Part shown: in pieces, positions 50,016 through 61,329 of the stretch
Numbering within the stretch: the first letter of the stretch is position 1
How the letters are laid out: each line of letters starts with the position of its first letter
NCBI GenBank assembly: GCA_011109175.1
Contig: RDEW01000015.1
Span: forward strand, 1,018,868 to 1,082,867
From: Dicyema japonicum
Lineage: Eukaryota > Animalia > Dicyemida
DNA length: 64,000 bases
Direction: 5' to 3'
The notes under the pieces: generated by a model
Database searches by the model: none
What the model was told of the DNA's origin: nothing
What the model saw: the letters and a program-made list of their open reading frames with translations, nothing else
Made by a program: the position numbers and the translations under genes

Positions 50016-51794
50016 ATAAATATAATAAATATTGTGTCGTATGCTATCGCGTCCGGCGTGCCATAATGTCCGGCAAATTCTAAAGTTTGAACATCTCACA
50101 ACCAATGTTTAATCACCATTAAAATTTTTATTTTGAATAATATTCGATTTAAATGATTAATATTTTTAGCTGAAATATGTACATGAACTTCGGCCCGCCC
50201 AATAAGGTTAGGATTTGGGATTAGAGTTAGGTTAGAGTCAGGTTTAGGATTGGAGATAGAGACAGGGATTAAGCTTCTCCAGACCAGATAATTGATCACT
50301 TACAAGAGATCTGGATTCCCTACTTTTTTCTCTTCGCCCATCTCCGTAATTGGTGGGGAATTTAGACGATGTTGCTCCGAAAAATCTTTCGAAAGGTTGC
50401 TGGAATACTCGAACCAACATTTCCACTCTTGTATGTTTTCCAGAGCATTTCTTGATAGTTAGGTTTGGCTCAATCCAATTCCATTCCGAGTACTCGGGAC
50501 TTTTTGAACTTTTCTCGATTCGAGTATGAATCTCATTGTACTTGGACTAAAGATATATGGGCCACAACAGTGCGGTAATCATATTGAAAGTTTCGGACTA
50601 CACCCAATAGTTTGCGGGAGGAGGGCCAGAAGGACATTTTGTGGGATTCTCGTGATGATTGAATCGTGCTCAATACGAAAGTCATATATAACATCATAAG
50701 AAATGACAGCTGCAAGAGAAAGATCAGCAAAAAAATTCGGGTGAAGAAGGAATGTAACCCTTAAGAGACAGGGTCGTGTGTGTTTACTTGGGAGAGAGCG
50801 ATGTAGTTAGACAATTTTTGTCCGGATTCCATTAATGTTAACTTTCATTATGAGTTTGGTCCAGGATTATCTTCGACATCTCATCAGGAAAGGAGCAGGA
50901 TACGACACCATCCACGCCTCCATGATTTTGGGATAAGGAGTTTGCGGCTCTTTTCTAACATTTCAAGTGAGTAATGTCATCATGTAGGTGAGTCATGAAG
51001 CATTTTTTTCCTTTTCCGTGCAGCTATGGCTAATGTTGAAAAACAATTTTCGTTAAGTATCTTCGAAACTTCTGGAACGTCTGAAACAATTGGTAAATCC
51101 ACAATCGAAGAAAATGAAAACTGTTTGTGAACCAATGGAAACAACAGCGGTTACAGTAGATCCTTGGAATAGCCATTTTCTTTTATATTCAAATTTAATA
51201 GTCATAGCTTTAATAAGAGAATTACTTACTACGGTTATTCCAAGGGTATGGTGCCGAAAATGTATTGGAATAGTCAGTTGAAATGCCCATTGTTTCTCGA
51301 AAGTCGATGTTTATTTATTTATCCAAAACCAAATTTAAAACCCAAAAATAAGGGCTTATTTTCTGAAACCCTGTTAATCGTTAATTACCCACGTGATTTT
51401 ACATTAGTCATTTCCAATTATAATGTTGATTTACTGACAGCCTCCTGCAAAACTTTTACCTGGATGGCTATACTTCCTTAGACGGAGTAGTCGCTTATTT
51501 CAACCGCTCTATATTGGATGCAAGACCCAAACAGCACTTAACCACATCAGGCAATGAATGTTTGGTCAACTAATGAGTAAAATCGAGGGAGCAATGCCAT
51601 AAAACCATGTTGTTTAAACACCAGAAATCAAAATAGACACATGTGCTCTCGTCTTTAAACTGAAGTAGATATCCCGCATAAGTTTGGAAGACCATTCGGG
51701 ATGTTTCGAGAGCAGATGAAAGGTAATTTAATATGTTCTAGTTTTAATAATGGATTTCACAAAGGATTAATGCCCCACAAAAATCATATCCATG

Positions 51795-52028
51795 GAAGTT
51801 TTAGTTTTGTTCGTCTGTTCCTCCTCTTTCTTCCTATTAGAGTGGCGTCATGTGATCCACCTGTCTAGGTGGCGCCCAGTTCCAGTCCGGCACGAAAAAG
51901 GATCATTTGCTCTCCCCCACTCCACTGAGGGGTTTCCACAACTGCAACTATGGAAACTGGATACACTTAATTAGTTGTCTACTTTAACTTCTTTCTCGGT
52001 GTATCCGGGGTTAATAAATAAATAATAA
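51795..52028 (+). repeat. SINE family A copy (5'-truncated, about 55-bp internal deletion)
   Basis: Colinear with the reverse complement of 43712-43985. Confidence 0.9.
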
Positions 52029-52119
52029 AAACCATATCAGATGTACCTCTATTCTCTCAACTAAACTGAAGAAGGAACTGAAATAACATACTTTACTGAA
52101 AACAATGTATGAAATGTAT

Positions 52120-52760
52120 TGATGATCATAAAAACAACTAACTCTAAAGGACCTGACAAAATCAAATGATATCCCTAAAGAATCTTTTTTCCGGGAATTT
52201 AAAATCTATTTTCCGGCTTCTTCATGATGATCTCTTTTAACTTTTTAATTAAATCTATTCCTGCCCGATCTTTCTACATCGGAAACCGAAAAAGATATTA
52301 TATCACTTATGCTGACGATATTGTAAGAGGACGGGCTATTAGGTGTCGCTTGCTGTCATACAGGCTACTACTTAAAGATTGCAACAAAGTTTTTATCCTC
52401 TCACTGATTGGTTATTAAAGAACCACCTTACGACCAGTCCTGCATAACTCTTTAAATCAGAAAGCGACTAAGAGAACGGACAGTCAAATCGAAGTAAAAA
52501 ATGTCATTATTCACTTACGCAGATCACAAAAGATCCTATGGCTGATTTTTGAATTCTGGTTCTCATCATTTTAAAAATGTAGTTACAAAATGCTAAAAGA
52601 AGACTAACGTGCTGAAAAGTCTCTCAAGATTATTAAATATAAGAAATTATATATTCTTGAAACTATTTACAGGCAGTTCATCGAACCATGTATTTCTTAC
52701 GTGCTCTTTATGAGTTTCGTGAAGATCTAAGCCAGCTAGAAAAGGGCAAAGTTACGGAGC
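52120..52760 (+). mobile_element. Highly decayed jockey/I-like RT
   Basis: KGPDKI, ITYADDI, SQKIL, YRQFIEPCISY. Confidence 0.65.
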
Positions 52761-52761
52761 A

Positions 52762-53190
52762 ATATTATTATTATAGGCAACTATCTTAGAAATATAATTG
52801 TTATATTTCCACACGTGCTTAAAGCAATTTTTCGGATCAATCCCGTCCATCTTTCCCTGTTACACGCCAAACTTCTCATATCATCCAGATCCTCCCCACT
52901 TACGAGCTTCAGGTTGATTGCCTTGAGATCCTTATCCAGCACCCCGGTAGCGTGGTACGCGGGCGCTCCCGATATTTCTTTACACTTGCAGCGAAATATT
53001 CCTCCATTGCCAAATTTGCAGGTGATGTGGGGTTCATCCGTAGGACGTGTCCAAACAGTCTCCATCGGGCCTCCACCATATCCCAAGTCACAGGTCGAAC
53101 GAAGCAATAGACTTTTGGTAAATCTCCTCTCCAATGTTTCTGAAATCTCTAATCCATAAAAACTGAAAGTCATCCCAGGTTATACTTCCG
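52762..53190 (-). mobile_element. RTE-like 3' fragment
   Basis: ARWRLFGHVLRM..PANLAMEEYF and a (TAA)n tail. Confidence 0.85.
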
Positions 53191-53359
53191 ACAACTGCTT
53201 GTGTGGGCTCGATGGAAGAGCATCGGACCAAGATAAGACCTCTGATGGATCGGATCACGTGATTAGTTATTTTGTGTTATCGTTATCTTCTTAGTTTTTA
53301 TTTATTCTTGAAATATCATGTGATTTAAAAATTAAATTTAATAATTTTATTAAATTTAG

Positions 53360-53850
53360 GTTCCCGAGACATGCAGGGTTGTGAAGCGCTCTCTTGAGGT
53401 GGCTGGATTTCCGTTTTCTCTGAAACCGGTAAAGTTGGATCGTGGAGATGGAAAGCGCCCAGACAGTCTTACTGTCTTCCCATTCTCTCTAGGGAAATGG
53501 TTGATTTGGGATTGAGCCTGTACTTACACCTTATCACAGTCGAAACTTGCTGGTTCAACACTGAAACATGGGGCTGCTTCTCGAACATTTGAGAATTTCA
53601 AGATAAAAAAATACGACATCCTCTATACCAGATTCCATGTACAGGCCATTGTTGTCGAGACAAATGAAGTCTTTGGGCCCAAGACGGTCTCTTTTCTAAG
53701 ATTCTTGGGTCAATGATTTCGAAAGTTAGTAATGAGCGTCGGGAAACCGAGTGGTTGTTCCAAAGGATTTTCTGGCAGTTTTCAGGGATAACACCCATTC
53801 CATCCTATCAGCTGGGTTATTTTGATTATCTTGTTACGTAATAAATTGTT
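53360..53850 (+). mobile_element. CRE-like 3' fragment
   Basis: LDRGDGKRPDSLTVFPFSLGKWLIWD. Confidence 0.85.
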
Positions 53851-53899
53851 TTAATCTCAATATTTTATTAAAGGGGCTAATTATTTCTAAATAAGTCAA

Positions 53900-54040
53900 G
53901 AGAAGGAAGAATTCTTACAAGCTTTAGAGGTGTTATTGAGGAACACCGAAAAAAGATGAGGCGGCTGCTCTAGGATGCCGGGATCACCTGACGGCCCCTA
54001 CTCTCCTTTTTTTGTCGGTGACACTTAGTTCTAAATAATT
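53900..54040 (+). mobile_element. jockey/I-like extreme 3' end
   Basis: gaacaccgaaaaaagatgaggcggctgct..gccgggatcacctga matches 14676-14725 and the reverse complement of 32705-32760. Confidence 0.75.
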
Positions 54041-54552
54041 AATTAAAAAGTCAAGGTATGTGAATAAAAATATATAAACTCAGCAGATTGATTCCATTTG
54101 AATATATTCCGGGACCTTAGTACTGAACATACTTATGTAAGTGCCCATAGCTACACCAAATGTTATTGGATCTTTCAAAATTTATTTTATGAAACTGCAC
54201 TCTCAATCAGCTATCCTTCTTGTCTATCCCTCAATCCATCTAACTACCAACCGATAAAACGTAATGGATCTTACGGTTTCAGCAGCGTCGAGAAAGAAAA
54301 CAAACTATCCTCTTAAGTTTTATTTGAGTTTTCTCTGAGACTAATCCTGGGTGAGTGGCTATCAGCGTTGAGAACCAAGTCAGGCATTTCCCATTCTTTG
54401 AGGCCTATAGCTCACGGTGACATTAATGATAAAAGAATGGTCTCAAAGGTTGCAATGAGCAAGCCAATAAAGCAACTCGACAGTCAGGTTAATTTTGTGA
54501 AAAATCAAATGAAAGAAAGTATGTTAGATAATTAATAATTAGGGAAATCTAA

Positions 54553-54985
54553 TCATTTATCCAAAGAATCATCCAAAAGCAATTGATGCTTACTAAGTTC
54601 CTCCTAAAACTAATACTAATGTAATCAAAACCTTGTGACGTTTTATAGCATTTTCATGAAATTCAATGGAAGATTTATGTGACTCTTTAATCTTCTTGAG
54701 TTGTTCAGCTTGCTATAGATCACATAAAAATGAGATAACAAGTTTCCTGAAATATTGTTCTTCGTGAACATGTGCTTTCTTCCCAAAAGATCCACCAGCC
54801 TCCCTAAAATTAATTGAAAGTTATCACTTAATGCTTCCATCCTATTTTTTAAATTAAAAAGTACTTTCCCAGTTCCTGATCCCGATTCAGATCCAAAACT
54901 TGACATTCTTATATTATTGCGGATCGTATTTCTTAATATCCTAATTTTATTATTGAAACACAATGAACCTAGAGTTTGACAACAT
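54553..54985 (-). CDS. ATP5IF1: Mitochondrial ATP synthase inhibitory factor IF1, five introns
   Basis: Spliced: MLSNSRILRNTIRNNIRMSSFGSESGSGTGKDGSIKEAGGSFGKKAHVHEEQYFRKLQAEQLKKIKESHKSSIEFHENAIKRHKEELSKHQLLLDDSLDK*. Confidence 0.92.
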
Positions 54986-55059
54986 AAAGACAATTCAGTA
55001 AATGCAATTTTAATTTTTTAATTAAAAATATTAGTTTTTTATTTATATATTGATATAAA

Positions 55060-56395
55060 TATTAAACCGGCCAATACTGGAACCAGAAAGATCGAGAGAT
55101 GACCCAGAGTTAGGATCCGGAAGTCTCCATTGCAAGGGGAACAAATTTGACATTATCGGGAAGATCGACGTATTTTTCGAGTTTGGCCTTCTACGCCTTG
55201 ACGGCTACAGAGCAGGCCCTTGAAGCGCACTCGTGAAGATTGTTCGGGGCGAACGTGTCACGTCCACGTCCAAAAAGTGGTTTCCCGGCTTCAAAGGGAA
55301 ATATGTCACGTCCCAAACAAGTGGGTTCCCGGCTTCAAAGGAAATATCCCCGTCCGGTCGTTTCCCGTCACTTCTGCATAATCCGACCAGTTCAAGAATA
55401 GCCGAGTATCCAGCAGCATCCATAGCCCGCTTGACATTCTCATTCAGAGCCTTGTGCCTTAGAGATCTGCCAGCGTTCCTCTTGCAGACGAGAGGGTGCA
55501 GGCCATAGCAGTCTATCAGGATGCCACATCGGCACGGATGAGGTACATATACTTTTAGTCCCAGCCGCAGAGAGATACCACTTCTAACGCATTCATCGTC
55601 CAGAAAGGTGCCCAGAACTCTATTGGAGATGGCGTTTAGCCAAGCTCCACTCTCAGGGGAACCTACGCATAGGAGTTGTTTTTGTCAAGGAAGACATGCT
55701 TCATCGCATTCCTAGTGATCGGGGATCCAAGAAAAATCATTCGTTTTCAGGGGGTCGAAATCCCACCAGGAAACAAAGAGCAAAATTTTGGAACAATTAA
55801 AGAAAGTCATCGTCAGCAAGACCACAGTTTGTTATTTCACATTTCGTTGTATTCAACTCAAGACCCACCTCGGACAACGCGAGGATGAGTACTTCTAACT
55901 CCTGGAAGACCGTTTCCGGGGGACCTCATAAGACAGCGTCATCGAGGTACCAGATGTTGAGTGGGCATCGAGAGAGCTTCGTGATTCTCTCAATTCCAAT
56001 GGAGAACAGCAGTGGTCCGAAAGGGTCGCCCTGTTGAACACCTGAGGACGATGGAACTATGAAATCCCCGTGCAATAGTGACGTAGGCTTTCCATATGAA
56101 TAATTGACCAGTTCAAATATATATGGGCATCTTTCTTTGCAAGCCTCCAAAATGCAGTCTCTTCTTAAACTGTTAAAAGCGTTCTTGATGTCCAGCTTTA
56201 CCATAATGTGCATTTTAAAGTCTTGAATGCTGCGGTTCCTGAATGTCCTGACGGAGTGAACGGTTGCTTCACATCCAAGACAAACTCCTACTCCAACTCG
56301 ACTGGGAAGTAAAGATTTTGACAAGATTGAAGTAGAAAATCTGGAAGCAATCTTGGCTGTTAGTCTCCTGGAGGTGAATCCGACCACGATCAATT
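55060..56395 (-). mobile_element. CRE-like retrotransposon (RT + RLE), degenerate
   Basis: KLDIKNAFNSL, SGVQQGDPFGP, WYLDD, SGAWLNA, CRSDGKRPD, LVWDVT. Confidence 0.92.
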
Positions 56396-56399
56396 TGTC

Positions 56400-57440
56400 T
56401 GCAAAGATGTTTTACGAAGTTCAAGAACTATTCGAAGGCAAATTTGATTGGTTTCAGAACGTTTGTGGATAATTGTCTATCGGGTCTCGAAGACTTCCCT
56501 GTTGACGAGGCAGCCAAGATATTAACTTCAGTTATTCAGAAACCGGACAGAATGTTCATCCCATTATCGTCTTACAAAACATTCAATGCGAAACTATCTT
56601 GGGCATCCTGCACTCATCAAGAAACGGGATGCCTTGAAGAAAACCGGAATGTAATCAGATGGCTCTATATCGTCCATACGCTCTCTAAACTGCAGAATTT
56701 CCCAACTAATCCGTGCTAACCACAGACACAAGTGGAGGCGGCTTGTTAGTCGACTATGCCACAAGAACTCTTGTGGAACTTTCTGGAAGACACTGAGAAG
56801 TATCAACTGTTTTATAAAGGAAGATGGCGGCGGAGTGGAAACCGTTACCCCAATTACCTTGGAACCTGCACGGAAACTTGCAAATAACCTTATAAAATAT
56901 TATGTGTCGATCAGCCACAAGAATTTCTCTCACTCTGCATGTCAAACGATGTGGACTTGAGATATTTTTCAGAAACATTCCCATCCCTTATACGCGAAAC
57001 CAGAAGATCCTTGGAGTGACATTCGATTCTCTTATGACGTTCTCCAGTCACACGGAGGAAGTGTTAACCAAGGGTCTTCGAAAATGGAACGTAGCTATCA
57101 TAAAGATGAGCCCCTTCCCACTTACTGCTTGTATCAGAAAAATATATCTTTAGTTATTGTGTCGATGATTGAATATGCCTGTTCTGCTGGAGATTCGCTA
57201 TTCCTCTACGAGGGTCGAACTTATGAACTCTCTCAGACGAAAGATCATGCGGCATATGCAATCAGACACCATATCCACCCCCAGTCTCCTTTCAGAAAAG
57301 GTGACAGTGAGAAATGGCCAAGACTTCCTACGTATGTGCAAGGAGATAGGAAACCTATTCAGAGAGAGCAGCTCATGCGGAGGAATTCAGATCGGCATTA
57401 AAAAAGTGCAATCCTATAGAATTCCTCTGCAGAAATAAAA
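56400..57440 (+). mobile_element. jockey/I-like LINE remnant
   Basis: IPYTRNQKILGVTFDSLMTFSSH, MIEYACS. The 5' part is less certain. Confidence 0.6.
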
Positions 57441-57610
57441 AAAGACAATTCAGGAACGCGGTTGGTTCACTGGCTGAGCATTCGAAGAGAATTCGGCTGA
57501 ATAAAATGGATGCGTTCTTGTGGATGTTGTTTGCGGCGAAAGTATCCGTACAGGTGACGTCCAAGACCAGAGGCTTCCCGACTTCAAAAAAGAAAATGGA
57601 CATTTATCCA
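57440..57610 (-). mobile_element. CRE-like RLE fragment
   Basis: SIFFFEVGKPLVLDVTCTDTFA. Confidence 0.75.
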
Positions 57611-57689
57611 TCATTCCTACAGAAGACTACATGTATGATCTAAGACAGATAAAAAGCAGCATCCATATCCCGTCTGCGCCCGATTGTGG

Positions 57690-58375
57690 TCGGGTTTGTA
57701 ACCCCTTCAAGTAGAGTCAGGGTACGTCTCAGATGCGAGGCTCCTGTTCATTTCGTTCGAATATTCCAAAACCGCAGCATGGAAAATTCCCGAGGACATA
57801 TCCTTGTCAAAATGAAGTTCAAGAATGCTAAAAAACAAATTGGAAGAAAAGGCTGAAATATTCGAGTCAATGAGGGGGAAAATTGTATGTAGTTTTCAAA
57901 ATAGTAATTTCCGATCTTCCATGACCATGTGAGATATTTCAACATGCTAGTTTTTTCACAATTTGTTATTACATTTTCAACATTGGCGAGAATGCGCATG
58001 TCCAAAATCACCCGAGGATCTTTTGAGATCTTCTAAACGGGATGACACCATTGCTTGTTTTTAAATCGACCGTTAGTCTTTCCAGTCACTTGTCTGATGT
58101 GAAGAGAGTTGTGAAGGACCTCTCAGCGTTGGTCGACATGTAGTTTTCTGAATGTGTTCTTATGTTTTGACGGGTTATTCATCACCGTGAAAGGACCTGT
58201 CTTCGGTAGTAATACCTTCCCTATTGTCTCGGATGGTTGATTTGCAATCCATAGAGGGTATTTGGCGTTGATATCTCCACCGATGATCATATCGTGGATA
58301 AATCAGACATAGCGTAGTGCTTCTGGCAAGAACCAAATGGAGGCACGTAGATTTTCCCAAAGGTAATTTTTAATT
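57690..58375 (-). mobile_element. jockey/I-like remnant: candidate 5' leader joined to post-RT region
   Basis: ACGTGCCTC leader motif near 58345, then FTTLFTSDK, SQKILGVILD. Confidence 0.55.
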
Positions 58376-58599
58376 TGTTCTTCCATTTGAGATTGTGTTA
58401 ATTTCAGTAATATCGTCGTATCCCTATAATAACTCTATTGACGCACCCATCAATTTTACTACTTTATTGATATTTTATGTCTATTTTTTAAGTAGCCTAA
58501 AGTACTTAACCTTTCCTTTTCGATATTTTATGTATATTTTTAAATTCCCTTCACATTTCACACACTTTTCTAATGAGGGGTAATAAGCCCCCGATCTTC

Positions 58600-58860
58600 A
58601 TCCAGTCGGTACTGCGCAGTTCTATCCGTTTGATCTTGACGATATCATTTTCGAAGTGTTCATTGATAGAGACCATTTGGCCAGGCGGTCTTGTGCTACC
58701 TCCATGAGACGTCGAAGTTCTTCTTTGTTATTTGACAGTCATCGCGTAACAATTTATAATATAATCGCTATAATACTTCCGAAGATCTCGTAGAGCCGAT
58801 TATACAGCGAACACTGCCGGAGAGAGTTTCCTTGACGTGTGCCCATTGTTGTCAGAATTT
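58600..58860 (-). mobile_element. RTE-like fragment (family of 15805 and 34975)
   Basis: gagaccatttggccaggcggtc..tgctacctcca matches 35540-35575. Confidence 0.8.
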
Positions 58861-59118
58861 TCTTTCTGTAGTATCCTCTCTCCTAGTTCTGAAAAGTTTG
58901 CTATCATGTCATTCACCAATCTTGAGAGTTTTTTGCCAAATTTTTAACAATTATGGGGATATTTTGTCTGTTCCGGGAAAGTGACGAATTTTGACATTCT
59001 TTATCGTTCGGGAGACCTCCTCCGGTAAGATGATCGAGTTTGGTGTTTTCCGGCATGAGATCCGAATCTAATATTGATATTTATTAGCTGCAATCAAAAA
59101 ACTTGTTTATTAAAGTTC

Positions 59119-59183
59119 TCTAACTGGAACAATATGTTCTATTTTTTGCACAGATCTAACTGGAACAATGTGTTCTATTTTTT
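59119..59183 (+). repeat. Direct duplication of about 29 bp
   Basis: tctaactggaacaat(a/g)tgttctatttttt occurs twice, 36 bp apart. Confidence 0.85.
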
Positions 59184-59599
59184 ACAAAATGTATAAACTC
59201 GTTTGAAGTTTTGAAACCCTTATATCAATCAATTAAAAACAAATACAACGTTTGATTTGAAAAAATATCCTAAATAAAATACAAAAAAAACTATTTCCAA
59301 AAAATAAATACAATACAAAAAACTATTTTCCAAAATATTTTCCAAAAAATTAGCCTAGCCGACAACAATCGCATTCCAGATTAAGTAGACAACTTCTTTA
59401 TTATTCTCCCTCTCGCTCCAGAGGTTTCGAAGGCGGGGGAAATAGTAGAAATTATCTTGAAAGAACAAATATTTGTTCAGTTTTTATTAGACTTAATTTC
59501 AACAAAACCAAAATCAATAGACATACAACTTTATTAAAAATCACTGATGTTAATTATAACAAAAATCTTAAACCACAACATTCATTGAATCTCTACTTT

Positions 59600-60110
59600 A
59601 CCGTCGACTGCTATGGACATGCTTTTTCTTGCCGAAAAAGTGCCAAGACATAAGAAGATTAACGGAATTGTTAAGCGAGCTGGATTCCTATCCATACTTG
59701 AACCTGTTTGCCTGGACAGAGGAGACGGAAAAAAACCAGAAGAATCATATTTTTCCATTCGAGGGGGGATAGCCTTTGGTATGAGATGCTACGTGTGTTG
59801 ACCCCATTTTTCAACAGCATTGTGGGGAGCGCGGTAGACACACTTTATGCCGAGGAAAAAATGAAAGCAAAGGAAAAAAAATACGAAGTGTTGCACTATT
59901 GGTTCACGTTCTGTCCCATCGTAGTTGAGACAACATGAGAAATAAATGGGAAATTGTTTCGTTTCCTAAAGAAACTGGTACGTTTAGCTACACTAAAAAG
60001 CCACGACGCACGTGAGACTCAATGGCTTCTCCAGTTAATCTCTGTTGCGATCGTGAGAGGCAACGCAACGTCGATTATGTTGGGGGGGATCATTTTTGAT
60101 TAATAAATTC
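59600..60110 (+). mobile_element. CRE-like 3' fragment
   Basis: ILEPVCLDRGDGKKP, KEKKYE, FCPIVVET, ISVAIVRGN. Confidence 0.88.
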
Positions 60111-60518
60111 ATTCAAATTATAAAAAAAAACTATAAAATAAAATTTTTATTTTGAAAATCTCTACACCAGCTGACTAAGTACTGAGTTATCGACAGATAC
60201 ATCAATTCTCTGGTCTCAGCTAACATGGCTATGGAGGAGATTTCATCAGATGCTCCCCGATTCTTTGAGTGACCAAGGACGACCTTCCTGATAATCATGG
60301 ACTTCCAAAAGATTAAGAGCCGTCTATGGATGACTTTGACGGACTACGGGTACAATTTGAAGAGGATGATTTATTACTGATGACAAAATGAAACCTTCAC
60401 AATTTAAAAATGATTTATGTTAGAGCCATCGAAAACCAACAATGAGATAGTTGTATCATTATAGCCATATTACCAAACCAAGAGAATAATGAATTATGTT
60501 AATCGAGTAATTAATTAA

Positions 60519-61160
60519 TTAACCTTTACTGTTGTAAATTAGTCTTTCGTAGGCTTCATCAGTTCTCCCCTTAACATGGAAATCATCTTGCTTAAAATTA
60601 ATATCTAAATGAAACCACAGGGACAGGTCGACGCTTAGAAAACATAACGTAAAAGATGATCATAAAGACTAAAAGTATTGATGTAACTGAAATCATCAAT
60701 AAAGACAATTTCTTGTGAAGATAAACCTAAATATTATTAAAAACGGTGAACAAACCCAATAAATTATCGGATTTTTATAATTTACAATGTAATGAGATTC
60801 AATATCAAAGTGATTAAAGTCTGTTTAAATACATTCAATACTTGTTGGGTCTTTATCCTTTTCAGGAAGACTTTCATATTTCAATGTTGTCTCTGAAGAG
60901 TTTTGGGACAAATTTTTGAGATTTTCGACTAAAGCTGATAATAACAATGATTTATTACATTCAGCATTCCCAAAGAGAGCATTCTTTCTATCCTCTAAAG
61001 CATTTTGAACTAATAATTAATATTTTACACAAAAAATCATACAATCTTGATCGTCATCGTAAACTTCTGGATCAATATATTTTTCAAATGATGAGAATGA
61101 TGAAACAAGTAGAACCAGCTATAAATTAAAGAGGTCAATACAAACATAACAAGGTAGCAT
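60519..61160 (-). CDS. Orphan small type-I membrane protein, six short introns
   Basis: Splices in frame: MLPCYLVLLVSSFSSFEKYIDPEVYDDDQD...VYLHKKLSLLMISVTSILLVFMIIFYVMFSKRRPVPVQDDFHVKGRTDEAYERLIYNSKG*. Confidence 0.72.
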
Positions 61161-61329
61161 TTAAATTATTTTTATTGATTAGATTGATTAATTTTAAGAC
61201 TAACCAGAAAATAAAAAAAAATAAATTAAAAATAAATAATAAAACTATTTAAAAATTTAGAAACTTAACTAGGCTCTATGGACTTTTTTATTTTAAAAAC
61301 TCACCTACTATCAGACTTTTTTTGTCTGC

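Noticed and set aside
53107-53121. 15-nt identity to the extreme 5' end of SINE A (44028-44042)
   Set aside because: It is a single AT-rich match inside an RTE coding remnant and cannot be separated from chance without more copies.
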